Virus record (IMG/VR): IMGVR_UViG_3300013014_000035
Span: 1 to 57,866 of that record
Source of the DNA: a virus
Taxonomy: Duplodnaviria > Caudoviricetes
Length of the DNA: 57,866 nt
Direction: 5' to 3' (one strand)
In this document: positions 14,595-24,100 of the stretch, in pieces
How the letters are laid out: each line of letters opens with the position of its first letter
Position numbering within the stretch: the stretch's first letter is position 1
Made by a program: the position numbers and the translations under genes
Notes under the pieces: generated by a model
What the model was told of the DNA's origin: nothing
Databases searched by the model: none
Seen by the model: the letters and a program-made list of their open reading frames with translations, nothing else

Positions 14595-15226
14595 AGATTT
14601 TTCTAGGACCATATAAAAACTTTATTGGTCCATATCAGATTGCCGAAGGTATTCTATTTTGGAAGAACAGAGATTCTGACATTGTAGAAAAACTTGGTGA
14701 TTGGTTGGCAACTAATAAGGATGGTACTGATTCTGCTCTCTATCGCCTTTGTCGTTGGGTAGATACTTTTAAGGAACGTAAGATCAATATTCGTATTGAT
14801 GATTATGATATTTGGTCCATGGATCATACTTTGGCTATGATTATTGTTCCTATGCTTAAACAACTTAGTAAGAATAAGTACGGTGCACCATTTGTTGATG
14901 ATGAAGATGTTCCTCTAGAATTCCAATCAATTTCTGCGCCTGCTCTATCTGAAGAGCAAAAGAATACAGGTGATACGGATGAAAATTGGATTCCTCGTTG
15001 GGAATGGGTTCTAAATGAAATGATTTGGACATTCGAACAACATTCTTCGAATTGGGAAGAGCAATATTATACTGGTGAGTCTGATATTCTTTTTGATAAT
15101 GGTGTTATGAAGAAGGGACCAAATGATACCTTTACGGTTGACGAAAAGGGCGTCGCAACACATCGTGAAAGAATGAAGAACGGTCGCCGTCTTTTTGCTA
15201 AGTACTATGAGGCACTTTGGGACTGA
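14591..15226 (+). CDS. conserved T4-like phage hypothetical protein
   Basis: GPY..FIGPYQIAE, IDDYDIWSMDHTLA.II.PMLKQL, RW.WVL.EMIW.F, LFAKYYEALWD. Confidence 0.85.
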   Translation: MKIFLGPYKNFIGPYQIAEGILFWKNRDSDIVEKLGDWLATNKDGTDSALYRLCRWVDTFKERKINIRIDDYDIWSMDHTLAMIIVPMLKQLSKNKYGAPFVDDEDVPLEFQSISAPALSEEQKNTGDTDENWIPRWEWVLNEMIWTFEQHSSNWEEQYYTGESDILFDNGVMKKGPNDTFTVDEKGVATHRERMKNGRRLFAKYYEALWD

Positions 15227-15441
15227 TGGCAAAAGAAATTCCAAAGCGCAATAGACTTGGTGGCCTAGCATATCTGTTATTCAGTTTGCTTTTTATAGGT
15301 GCAATTTATAATACAGCATATCCTTATCTTGCTGGTTATATGCATATGTTTTTTATATGGATTTTTTGTTATCATGCATCTATTCATTTTCTTGGTAAAG
15401 CATTAATTAAATTTTTTCCGGAGTTGCTATCTAATGATTAA
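15226..15441 (+). CDS. small membrane protein
   Basis: two hydrophobic segments. Confidence 0.65.
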   Translation: MAKEIPKRNRLGGLAYLLFSLLFIGAIYNTAYPYLAGYMHMFFIWIFCYHASIHFLGKALIKFFPELLSND

Positions 15442-15652
15442 GAATGTAAATTTTTCGGCTGATATTCGTCAATTATGTGAAGAGAAGGGAATGGAATTTA
15501 TTGATGCTGTAATTCATTGGTGTGATGTGAATAGTCTTGAACCTGAATATGCAGCATCACTAATTAAGAAAGATCCTACAATTCTTTCTAATATCACATG
15601 TGAGGCCGAAAATTTAAATATCCTTAAGAAGACTGCGCGATTACCTGTATGA
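15434..15652 (+). CDS. gp33: late promoter transcription co-activator
   Basis: MEFIDAVIHWC....EPE..A.LI.......EAENLN.LKKTARLP; synteny with gp59-gp32. Confidence 0.85.
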   Translation: MIKNVNFSADIRQLCEEKGMEFIDAVIHWCDVNSLEPEYAASLIKKDPTILSNITCEAENLNILKKTARLPV

Positions 15653-16227
15653 CACCATTCGAGACATATAAGGACTATTTGTCTCTTAAAAACCATTTTA
15701 ACTCCCCTGGATATGATTACTTTAAATATAAAGGTAAGGTATCCGGAAGTATAGGCTCTTTTAATAAGCGCAAAGATAAATTCTTTTTTGAAAAAATGGC
15801 TAAGCATAAAGATGCACATAATCTTATGCTCGCTAATTTTATACAAAATCCTAAATGTTGGATTAGAGAATTAGCATATGATGAATCAGCCGAACAAATA
15901 TATCTTAATTGGTTGAAACGAAGTCAATCTTTAACTTATATGGTTTCCGGTGATCTTAAGAAACTAGAAGAAAAGTTTAATGAGAACTTTATAGTTAGAG
16001 ATAATCAACACCCAGTACTGCTTAAGCTTTTCTGTAGTGATTCTATATCAGTAGAAACTCTATGTATACTGGTGGATATTTCCAGATGTTTTAAACACTG
16101 GGATAAGGAACTTAATGATGATGTTGTATGGACCGATATTAAACTTCTTATCAAGAAATACACACCATTCATTAAGTATGATAGAGAAAAAATCCAAAAA
16201 CTATTGATTGACTTTTTCTCTGTTTAG
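15649..16227 (+). CDS. gp59: helicase loader
   Basis: YLSLKNHF....YDYFKYKGK.....SF.KRKDKFFFEK; KKYTPF. Confidence 0.9.
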   Translation: MTPFETYKDYLSLKNHFNSPGYDYFKYKGKVSGSIGSFNKRKDKFFFEKMAKHKDAHNLMLANFIQNPKCWIRELAYDESAEQIYLNWLKRSQSLTYMVSGDLKKLEEKFNENFIVRDNQHPVLLKLFCSDSISVETLCILVDISRCFKHWDKELNDDVVWTDIKLLIKKYTPFIKYDREKIQKLLIDFFSV

Positions 16228-16241
16228 TGGTATTATAAATA
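16208..16241 (+). promoter_or_regulatory. overlapping sigma70-like (TTGACT-N17-TATTAT) and T4 late (TATAAATA) promoters for gp32
   Basis: TTGACT 16208-16213; TATAAATA 16234-16241. Confidence 0.7.
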
Positions 16242-16310
16242 GTTATGAGGGTTTACTCTCATATACAAACATACAGTTATACAAATATACAAAACATACG
16301 GAGACTACAT

Positions 16311-17243
16311 ATGAACTTTTCACAACTTAAGCAAAATTCCGGTAAGAACTCACTTGAAAAGCTTACCGCAGAACTAGCAAAACTCAATTCAGCAGGTGAA
16401 TCCAGCAAGGGTGATGATCGCCTCTGGTATCCTAATGTCGACAAGGCAGGTAATGGTTTTGCAGTTATTCGTTTTCTTCCAGCACCTAGTGAAGAAGATG
16501 TTCCGTTTATTCGGATGTTCGAACATGGATTCAAGGGACCGACTGGGCTTTGGTATATCGAAAATTCCTTGACTACTCTCGGTAAGACTGATCCAGTTGG
16601 TGAACTTAATTCCAAGCTTTGGAATATTTCTGAGGATGACAATTCACCTACTCGTAAACAGGCGCGCGCTCAAAAGCGTAAGTTGACTTTTATCAGCAAT
16701 ATCTATATCATTCAAGACCAGGCCAATCCCGAAAATAACGGTAAGGTTAAGTTATTCAAGTTTGGTAAGAAGATTTATGATAAGCTCAATGAGGCTATGA
16801 ATCCTCAGTTTGCAGATGAACAACCGATGAATCCTTTCGATCCATGGTCTGGTGCTAACTTCAAGCTTAAGATTCGTAATGTTGAAGGTTACCGCAACTA
16901 CGATAAGTCTGAATTTGCTTCTGCCGGTCCTCTCTTCGAAAATGACAATCAAATTGAGTCTGTTTGGAAACAGGAACATTCACTTCAGGCATTCCTTTCT
17001 CCTTCTAACTTTAAGACCTATGAGGAACTTAAGGCTAAGTTGAACAAGGTTCTTAATCTTGATGAAAGTACTCCTGCTGGTTCTCGCCAGGCTGCAGCTA
17101 ATCGGAAGCAGAATGATGAGGATGAACTTCCTTGGAAGGACTCAACACCTCAACGTGAAGCTCCTGCTCGCTTGGCACCATCTACTAATACTGATGATGA
17201 CGATGGTGAGGATTTGGAATTCTTTAAGCGACTTGCAAGTTAA
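16311..17243 (+). CDS. gp32: single-stranded DNA-binding protein
   Basis: DDRLWYP.VDKAGNG.AVIRFLP, WYIENSLTTLG..DPV, GANFKLKIR.VEGYRNYDKSEF, acidic tail; start ATG 16311 after GGAG. Confidence 0.95.
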   Translation: MNFSQLKQNSGKNSLEKLTAELAKLNSAGESSKGDDRLWYPNVDKAGNGFAVIRFLPAPSEEDVPFIRMFEHGFKGPTGLWYIENSLTTLGKTDPVGELNSKLWNISEDDNSPTRKQARAQKRKLTFISNIYIIQDQANPENNGKVKLFKFGKKIYDKLNEAMNPQFADEQPMNPFDPWSGANFKLKIRNVEGYRNYDKSEFASAGPLFENDNQIESVWKQEHSLQAFLSPSNFKTYEELKAKLNKVLNLDESTPAGSRQAAANRKQNDEDELPWKDSTPQREAPARLAPSTNTDDDDGEDLEFFKRLAS

Positions 17244-17248
17244 TACTG

Positions 17249-17277
17249 AAAAGGGAGGCTTTCGCCTCCCTTTTTTT
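17249..17277. terminator. bidirectional intrinsic terminator between convergent genes
   Basis: AAAAGGGAGGC-TTTC-GCCTCCCTTTTTTT. Confidence 0.9.
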
Positions 17278-19300
17278 ATGCCGCCATGCTAAATAGTCTA
17301 GCATATCGGGAACCAGAATCTGGTGGTTCAACGGATCCAGGATTATTAGGGTCAATTGGACTTGAGGAACTTTGAGTTCTTGGTGCTGGTGTTGTAGGTG
17401 TATCAACCGAAGTTGCCGGTGGTGTTGGTGGTGTGGGAATGACTCTTTCTGCAATTGCGTTTTGAGTGGAAACAGTAGATAATGTTTGTCCTGTATTCAC
17501 AGGTGATGTGTATAATACTGCAGGTGCATTTTGAGATTGGGATGGTTCTGCATCTGTTGTTGTTTCTTCACCTGCCCACGAACGCATTGGTCGACCACCT
17601 TGCCAATTAAGTGGATCCGAACGTCGTGTAGGATTAATTCTTGCCGGTGTTATTGAATTAAAAGCTCTTTCGGTATCGCTATTAATTCTTCTGGCAGGTG
17701 ATTCGCCTCTACCCATTAATTGAGCAGCAGTTGTCCCAGCTAGTTCAATACGTGCTCTTTGTGCTTGTTGTATACCGGATATAGTTGTTTCGGATGGTGC
17801 TGGTTCAGGATTGTAGTTACCAACGGAACTAGGTGATAATAATGTTGCACCACCGCCATTTTCTTCTCCCATAAATGTTCTTCCAGGCATGCCTATTATA
17901 GGTGCACGATATGGAGCTGGAAACGCTGCTTCACCATTAAAAGATCTATTTTGAGCTAATGTTTCACGTCCCGTTTCCGTATTTGGTTCAGGCCAAAATT
18001 CTCTTGATGAACGAAAAGGCGCGCCAAATTCATTAGATACTGCAGCCTCAGCATTAAAAGATCTTAAACGGTCCGTAGTACGACCACTCAGTGTGTGACG
18101 TTCATTTAAACCAACTTCAGCAATTATACGCGATACAGATAAAGGTTCGGGAAAATTTGAAATAGATTGTGATTGTGGTGTTGATCCTTCACCGGCAAAT
18201 GTTCTGCCTGCAGCACCCATACGCATAGGTTCTGGTTCGGGACTATAATTATTAACATTGGGACTAATAAGCCCTCGTTGTGCTGGTGGTAAACTATTAA
18301 ATGCTCTTTCGGTATCACTATTAATTCTTTGAGCAGGTGGTTCACCTCTACCCATAAGTTGGGCTGTGGTAGTACCAGCAAGTCTTAAACGTGATTCATT
18401 AGCTCTAGTAGCATCAATTCTTGTGGGTGTCGACTCGGGATTTGAATTATTAACATTTGGACTTATTAATTCAGGTACTTGGGGTGGTGTTGGATTAAGA
18501 TTTGTAACAGTATCCGACTGTTCATTGGATCTAGAATTACCTAAAGCTGAGATACCAGCAACTCCTAAACCAATAGCACCTGCAGCAACACCTAACAGTT
18601 TTAAAAAATTTTTAAACCCATCAAGAATTCCAGTATTTGTATTTGTATTTGTATTATTAGTTGGAACTAGATTATTATTACGAACACCTTTTATATTATC
18701 AAGTATTTCTGTTAAAATATTATTAGTAGTTCTTTGACTATTAACAATACTAGATAAAATTACAGTAACACCACTTTCATTTGTTTGTGTATTGGATTGT
18801 GATCTATTAGTATTTTCATTTTTATTATCACCACCGCGATACACACCACCCATTAATGAACCCAATAATGGGAACATTCTATTAAATGCTTTACTGCCTT
18901 TACTTAAAATAAAATCTTTTAAAGATCTTTGTGTATTTTCCTGTTGTTCAAACTCTTGTTGCTTTCTAGTTTTTTGTTTTACTTTTATGACTTTATTTTG
19001 TTTATCTACAACAATCGGTTTATCTGTATCATCAATCCTTGATTTTTCATCAATTTTTTTTAAAAATTCCTCCGCGGCTTCTTCTCCAATTTTTTCTTTA
19101 ATAGCTTTAACCATAGCGGGATTTGCAAGAACTTCTTCTGTAGAAATCAAGGTTTTATTTCTTGGTTTTGGTAAAGCTGGCTTTCCTTTACTTTCTGCTA
19201 ATGCTGATTCAATTTGAGCTTTTACTGAATTATTCATACCTTTATATTCAGGGCTATTAATTATATCCGCCAAGGTTGTGGTTGTTGGTTTCTTTGCCAT
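17276..19300 (-). CDS. long low-complexity virion protein (tape-measure/baseplate-hub-like position)
   Basis: 674 aa, central hydrophobic Gly/Ala helix, internal repeats; follows gp26 block; shares FN.MFP.LG.L N-terminal motif with neighbour. Confidence 0.6.
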   Translation of the reverse strand: MAKKPTTTTLADIINSPEYKGMNNSVKAQIESALAESKGKPALPKPRNKTLISTEEVLANPAMVKAIKEKIGEEAAEEFLKKIDEKSRIDDTDKPIVVDKQNKVIKVKQKTRKQQEFEQQENTQRSLKDFILSKGSKAFNRMFPLLGSLMGGVYRGGDNKNENTNRSQSNTQTNESGVTVILSSIVNSQRTTNNILTEILDNIKGVRNNNLVPTNNTNTNTNTGILDGFKNFLKLLGVAAGAIGLGVAGISALGNSRSNEQSDTVTNLNPTPPQVPELISPNVNNSNPESTPTRIDATRANESRLRLAGTTTAQLMGRGEPPAQRINSDTERAFNSLPPAQRGLISPNVNNYSPEPEPMRMGAAGRTFAGEGSTPQSQSISNFPEPLSVSRIIAEVGLNERHTLSGRTTDRLRSFNAEAAVSNEFGAPFRSSREFWPEPNTETGRETLAQNRSFNGEAAFPAPYRAPIIGMPGRTFMGEENGGGATLLSPSSVGNYNPEPAPSETTISGIQQAQRARIELAGTTAAQLMGRGESPARRINSDTERAFNSITPARINPTRRSDPLNWQGGRPMRSWAGEETTTDAEPSQSQNAPAVLYTSPVNTGQTLSTVSTQNAIAERVIPTPPTPPATSVDTPTTPAPRTQSSSSPIDPNNPGSVEPPDSGSRYARLFSMAA

Positions 19301-19316
19301 GTTTTATACTCTTACT

Positions 19317-22118
19317 TTATAACTTTTTATAACTAAATGCTGATTCTAAGCGATCACGTAAGGATACCTCACTAAACATAGTACTTGTTTCAGCACTACT
19401 TGACGCTATAGAACTTGATTTCATTTGAGTTTGTTGGTCACCTAATACACCCGTTATATTATTGATTATTTCTTGGAATCTTCTTATTTGTTGTTGATCT
19501 CTAGAAATCATATTTGTTCCAGCTTGTGATAAAGAAGTACCTGTTTGTGGTTCATTTGTATTCATACTAGCTTGAGGTATTCCAAGACTACCAAGCTCTA
19601 CACCAATTGAAGAAGCAGGATTTAATTGGCTTTGGGCTTGTTGAATTTGTGGTTGAGATGCCGACTGTGGTATACCACTTGCATATTCAAGAGCTCTTGC
19701 CGTTCTTCGTGAACGTGCAGCACGATCTGATACTTCATAAAGTTCATCTACGATTGCCGCCGCTTGATCCGCCGTGGTAGCTTCACGAAGTATATCACCT
19801 ATAATATCATTTCTACGAGAACCGGCACGAGGTCCTGCTTTTTTTCGCATTAACTCATATTGTACAAATTCAAGTTGTTCTTCAAATGTGGCCTGAAGAA
19901 CATGTCTCCCGCCCGACCAGTTTTGAAAATCAGTTAATCTACTTTCTCTCCATTGTGCAATACCATATGATGCTCCGCGAGGATTATTACGATCTCCGAT
20001 TGCGCGGGGATTAAAGCCACTTTCTTCTTGTAAATTAGAAGCAATACCTGCAGCTTGGGCCGGGGTCCATCCTTTGGATATAAAAAATGCTATAGCGGCT
20101 GAAGCAGAACCAGAAATAGCTTCAGCACGGTTTGCTCGATTACTTTGACGATGTTCTGTCGCTGGTATATTTTCCACTTGCTTGGCACTAACCGAATCTC
20201 TATTAATCGGAGTTGCATCACTACCAGATCCACCACTTTCTCCATCACTACCGGAACCATCGTTGTCATCTTTATTTTGCACATCTGGTTGTTGTTGAGA
20301 ACCAGACGCGCCAGTATTTGCTAAAATATTTAAATATGGTGCTTGTCTTTGATTCTCGGGAATATTTTGTCCATTACGTAATCTACGAGCAATGTCTTGA
20401 TTATATTCTTTATCTAGATTTTCGGCCATTTCAACAATACGATCATATTGAGATGATATTTCAGCATTCTCTTCTTTGATTGTATTTTCTAAGTCTTGTA
20501 TTTTAGCAAGGTCTGTTTCATTATCAAATTGATCTAAAAGACTACTATATGCTTCTAGTCTTCTTATTAGATTATTTAAAGTGGTAAAAAATGCTTGTCT
20601 ATTTCTAACACTTACGGATACTGTTCTAGCTTTAAGTTCAACCAAACCTACATATATATCTTCAACTAATTTCACTCCACCAACTATCCCTAGTACCCTA
20701 AGTCCAAGCGATCCTAAAATTCTTAAAGTTCCTAGACCAAGTCTAATTGATCTGTAAGGAGTTGATCTTGGTACTCTCGATTCTGATAATGTTGATATTC
20801 TTTGTCTTACAACAGGTGTAACAAGACCTGCAGCCGGAGGCGGTGGTGGTGGTACAAGATTTATTGGTCCTGGGAGTCTAGGTGTAGCAGCTGGGGGCGG
20901 CACCGCAGTTACTGTTGGCGGGATTCTAGGTATTGGTGCAGAAGAAGATGATAGTGGTGGTAAACTACTAGTTCCTACATTAGGAGTTGGTATACCTCTC
21001 CCCGGTACTACGCTCACAGCGGAAGATGGCACAGCACTTACCGTTGGTGGGATTAATTGTTCAGCCCGGCGACTCACTAATCTTTGAAGTTGATCAACTT
21101 GTTGGGATGTTTGTCTTTGAATTACCCGAGCTCTTTCAACAGATCTTATATTTTCAAGTGCTTGCCTTTGTGTAGTTCCTAATCTTTCAAATTCAAGATT
21201 TTGTATAGCACGTAGTTCTTCAATTGTACTAGCCTGTGCAATTCTTTGACTAATACTGAGTGAATTAACCGGTCGTGGTATAGTAGTTGCTGTCCCAGGT
21301 GGTGATGCAGGTCTTATTGGCGCTGCTGGTGTCGCAGGTCTTGGTGGTATATTTCCTGGTGTTGCTGGTCTTGGTGGTATATTTCCTGGTGTTGCTGGTC
21401 TTGGTGGTGCACTTGCTGGAGTTGCTGGTCTTGCCGGCGTTGTTGCCGGCAATACTGGTCTTGGCGGTGAATTTGCTGGTGCACCGGGTCTTGCTGAAAC
21501 TGGAGGTACACTGGGTCTTGGTGGTGAACTTGCTGATGCACCGGGTCTTGGTGGTGCTGGTGGTACTGATGGTCTTGGCGCATTAGTTGGCGGTGCTACA
21601 GCCGGACCTGATCTTGATAATTTTCGTATTAAATCCCATGTTGAATAACCTGCTGCACCTAACCCTAATATATTAAGTAAATTATCAAATGTATTACTAT
21701 TACTATTATTACCATTATTATTTGAACCACCACCACGATTATTATTTGGTGATTCATTATTTTGATTATTATTTAATAATAATGGTCCGGCAAAGTTATT
21801 GTTCGAATTTTTTATCTGCTGTAAAATTTGATTTAGTATATCATTTTGTTTATTTTGATTTTCTAATATTTGCCCATACAGATTACCAACTACTCGTGTA
21901 GCAGATCCATCCGAAGTCAAGAATGAATCTTGATTTGAATTATTACGACTCCCATTCGTTAATCTCCCCAGTTGTGGGAACATTTTATTAAATGTATTAC
22001 TATCTATTTTTGATGATTGTTTATTATCATATTTTGCTGTTATACGACCTGCTGTTTTAGGTCTCTTTGCAGCTATATTTGCTAGTCTTGTAGTTCTAGG
22101 TAAAGATCTTCTTGTCAC
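19317..22118 (-). CDS. tape-measure/hub-like protein with phage tail lysozyme domain and Pro-rich repeats
   Basis: QAAGIASNLQEESGFNP...YGIAQW...RL...EEQLEFVQYEL (Phage_lysozyme2-like); PPRPATP repeats. Confidence 0.75.
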   Translation of the reverse strand: MTRRSLPRTTRLANIAAKRPKTAGRITAKYDNKQSSKIDSNTFNKMFPQLGRLTNGSRNNSNQDSFLTSDGSATRVVGNLYGQILENQNKQNDILNQILQQIKNSNNNFAGPLLLNNNQNNESPNNNRGGGSNNNGNNSNSNTFDNLLNILGLGAAGYSTWDLIRKLSRSGPAVAPPTNAPRPSVPPAPPRPGASASSPPRPSVPPVSARPGAPANSPPRPVLPATTPARPATPASAPPRPATPGNIPPRPATPGNIPPRPATPAAPIRPASPPGTATTIPRPVNSLSISQRIAQASTIEELRAIQNLEFERLGTTQRQALENIRSVERARVIQRQTSQQVDQLQRLVSRRAEQLIPPTVSAVPSSAVSVVPGRGIPTPNVGTSSLPPLSSSSAPIPRIPPTVTAVPPPAATPRLPGPINLVPPPPPPAAGLVTPVVRQRISTLSESRVPRSTPYRSIRLGLGTLRILGSLGLRVLGIVGGVKLVEDIYVGLVELKARTVSVSVRNRQAFFTTLNNLIRRLEAYSSLLDQFDNETDLAKIQDLENTIKEENAEISSQYDRIVEMAENLDKEYNQDIARRLRNGQNIPENQRQAPYLNILANTGASGSQQQPDVQNKDDNDGSGSDGESGGSGSDATPINRDSVSAKQVENIPATEHRQSNRANRAEAISGSASAAIAFFISKGWTPAQAAGIASNLQEESGFNPRAIGDRNNPRGASYGIAQWRESRLTDFQNWSGGRHVLQATFEEQLEFVQYELMRKKAGPRAGSRRNDIIGDILREATTADQAAAIVDELYEVSDRAARSRRTARALEYASGIPQSASQPQIQQAQSQLNPASSIGVELGSLGIPQASMNTNEPQTGTSLSQAGTNMISRDQQQIRRFQEIINNITGVLGDQQTQMKSSSIASSSAETSTMFSEVSLRDRLESAFSYKKL
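21280..21600 (-). repeat. 30-bp period coding tandem repeat (PPRPATPGNI-like)
   Basis: GGTCTTGGTGGTATATTTCCTGGTGTTGCT repeated exactly twice, about 10 degenerate units. Confidence 0.85.
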
Positions 22119-22120
22119 TA

Positions 22121-22420
22121 TTATCTACTCGCTGTCATTTTTTCTTGACTTCTGCTAAAGGCATAAACACCAAGAATAGCACCAAATGATAAATGAATTA
22201 GTCCGCCATTTGAAAGGGTCAGACTTTCCCATTTAGCATATGGTGAATGAGTAAAAACAGGTAGAAACATCATAATTAAAGGAAATATTATAAAATCAAA
22301 TGCACACATTGCCATGTATAGCCAACCCATTGCTGGGCGCCAGTACTGTTTAACCCAGTGCTCATTTTGTATTGATAACTGTTGATTTAAAATAGTATTA
22401 TCAATATTACTATCAGACAT
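22121..22420 (-). CDS. 3-TM holin-like protein (GTA holin family)
   Basis: WVKQYWRPAMGW.Y...FDFIIFP...GAILGVYAFSRSQEK; start ATG 22420. Confidence 0.7.
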   Translation of the reverse strand: MSDSNIDNTILNQQLSIQNEHWVKQYWRPAMGWLYMAMCAFDFIIFPLIMMFLPVFTHSPYAKWESLTLSNGGLIHLSFGAILGVYAFSRSQEKMTASR

Positions 22421-22601
22421 TACGATTCCTTTGATCTTCAAGTTCCTTCAGATATTGCAGGAGCATTTCGACAAAGACATCACGTTCAAATGGTATTAAA
22501 TTTTCAACATCTGCAATTGAATATTTATGATGTTGGATCAATGAAAATAATGAAATATAGTAATTTTCTAATGTATTATGATTTAACCCAACATAAAAAA
22601 A
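22413..22601 (-). CDS. gp51: gp51-like baseplate hub assembly ORF, open in the -1 frame of gp26 (not in ORF track)
   Basis: FFYVGLNHNTLENYYISLFSLIQHHKYSIADVENLIPFERDVFVEMLLQYLKELEDQRNRNV; no ATG near start, only TTG at 22541. Confidence 0.7.
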   Translation of the reverse strand, partial: FFYVGLNHNTLENYYISLFSLIQHHKYSIADVENLIPFERDVFVEMLLQYLKELEDQRNRNV

Positions 22602-23293
22602 TCGGCGAGCGAAGTCAGCTCAATTATCCTATCATTTTCATTTTTGTTTTTATATTCAATACGATGATACAATTTAGGCATTTTAGACATGAATGTTTGA
22701 ATCTTTTCAAATATCGTCACATCCAAATCATTTAGAAATTCTTCTATTTCTTCTTTGGTATATTCCGATGGATCATAAACATCATCACCTTCATAAATCT
22801 TATCAATACAACGAAGGATTAGTTCATAAAAAGCATCTTCACCTGAATTAGCAAAATCTTTATCATCAAATAATGATGCAGGTGGATGTTTCATAACAAT
22901 AGTGATCTTGTCATTCACTTTAATAATTTGATCTACTTTTTCGGGAAACTTGACTTCTACTTTTAAAAGATCAATTTCAAAATCATATACTTCTGTATCT
23001 TCATTATCAATATATGAAACCTTTACCATATTATTGATTGAAACCGCTCTCAATCGTAGAAACAAATATTCAACATCAAAGATCGCAACTTTATCAATAT
23101 CAAATGACTTATTAATAGCACAATTATTGACTACTTGTTTTACTGCTCTTAGAATATCACCTTGATCACCTGATGCTTTTGCCATCAGAAGGATTTTTTC
23201 CTCACGAACAAGAAAAGGTCTGAATAATTCTTTTTTTCTTGTTGATGGGATTGTAAATTCGTGAATTGGATGTTTGATTTTAGGTAGTGGCAT
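22583..23293 (-). CDS. gp26: baseplate hub assembly protein
   Basis: MPLPKI..P.....IPS......FRPFLVREEKILLMA, FDVEYLFL.LRA.S, ends DFF. Confidence 0.9.
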   Translation of the reverse strand: MPLPKIKHPIHEFTIPSTRKKELFRPFLVREEKILLMAKASGDQGDILRAVKQVVNNCAINKSFDIDKVAIFDVEYLFLRLRAVSINNMVKVSYIDNEDTEVYDFEIDLLKVEVKFPEKVDQIIKVNDKITIVMKHPPASLFDDKDFANSGEDAFYELILRCIDKIYEGDDVYDPSEYTKEEIEEFLNDLDVTIFEKIQTFMSKMPKLYHRIEYKNKNENDRIIELTSLADFFMLG

Positions 23294-23323
23294 AATATAA
23301 CTCCATTGTTAAAAATAGTAAAA

Positions 23324-24100
23324 TTAAGGCGTTAAACCACCAGGCCCAAAAAGTCTGCCTGCAGGATCTACATTTGAATTTTGTTGATTATAGGGATTTG
23401 TTGGTGTATTAACTCGGGGGTCGAGTCCGGGTTCCATTCTAGATTGGTCCGGTTGTGAAGGTTGTGGTGCAGGTGCAACTTGATTTGATGCAAAGACTCT
23501 ATCACCCGGCCTATTTATTGACGATTGCGATCTATTTTCTCCTACATCGACCCCAGGTATTCCCCAATACCAATCGGTAAAGGAAATTCCGACTTTAACC
23601 ATCATGAGATTATTTTTATCATTCCAAGATAAACCAATATTACCTAAAGAGCTCGGGAAAGCTTCAGTAAGTATCACTTTGTTAACTGGTGTACCTAAGT
23701 TATTAAATACTATAATTTCAAAATTAGGTGATGTATATTCGCTTTTATAACGAGCAACATACATACGATCTGTATCAAAATTGAATATTTCATTTGTCCA
23801 ACGACTAAAGAATTTCCAAATTCTATTTTGATCATCTTCAATAAACGAAATGGTTATATCGTTAAAATTTGGATTTCTAGGCGTTTTTTGTTGTGGTCCA
23901 ACACCGTAACGAAAAGAATTTGAAAATTCAAATGAAACACCAGGAATTTCGATCGAAGATGCTCTAAAAAATAAATCTTCTTCTTTATAAACGTTTGCAA
24001 GAATTCCTGGAAAACTTATTTTTATTAAAAATTTATTATTCTGTAACGTACCACGTTCATTAATTTTTGCCGAAAATTCAGCTATATTAAATCCAGCCAT
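23324..24100 (-). CDS. gp54: baseplate/tail tube initiator-like protein
   Basis: start ATG 24100 (MAGFNIAEF); tube-like motifs IEIPG, YGVGP..K.P, L.EAFP.SLG.I.LSW; synteny. Confidence 0.65.
   Translation of the reverse strand: MAGFNIAEFSAKINERGTLQNNKFLIKISFPGILANVYKEEDLFFRASSIEIPGVSFEFSNSFRYGVGPQQKTPRNPNFNDITISFIEDDQNRIWKFFSRWTNEIFNFDTDRMYVARYKSEYTSPNFEIIVFNNLGTPVNKVILTEAFPSSLGNIGLSWNDKNNLMMVKVGISFTDWYWGIPGVDVGENRSQSSINRPGDRVFASNQVAPAPQPSQPDQSRMEPGLDPRVNTPTNPYNQQNSNVDPAGRLFGPGGLTP

Noticed and set aside
21287-21901. Gln/His-rich, Val/Leu-rich and poly-Tyr small ORFs
   Set aside because: Alternate-frame readings of the Pro-rich and Asn-rich repeats of the 933-aa gene.
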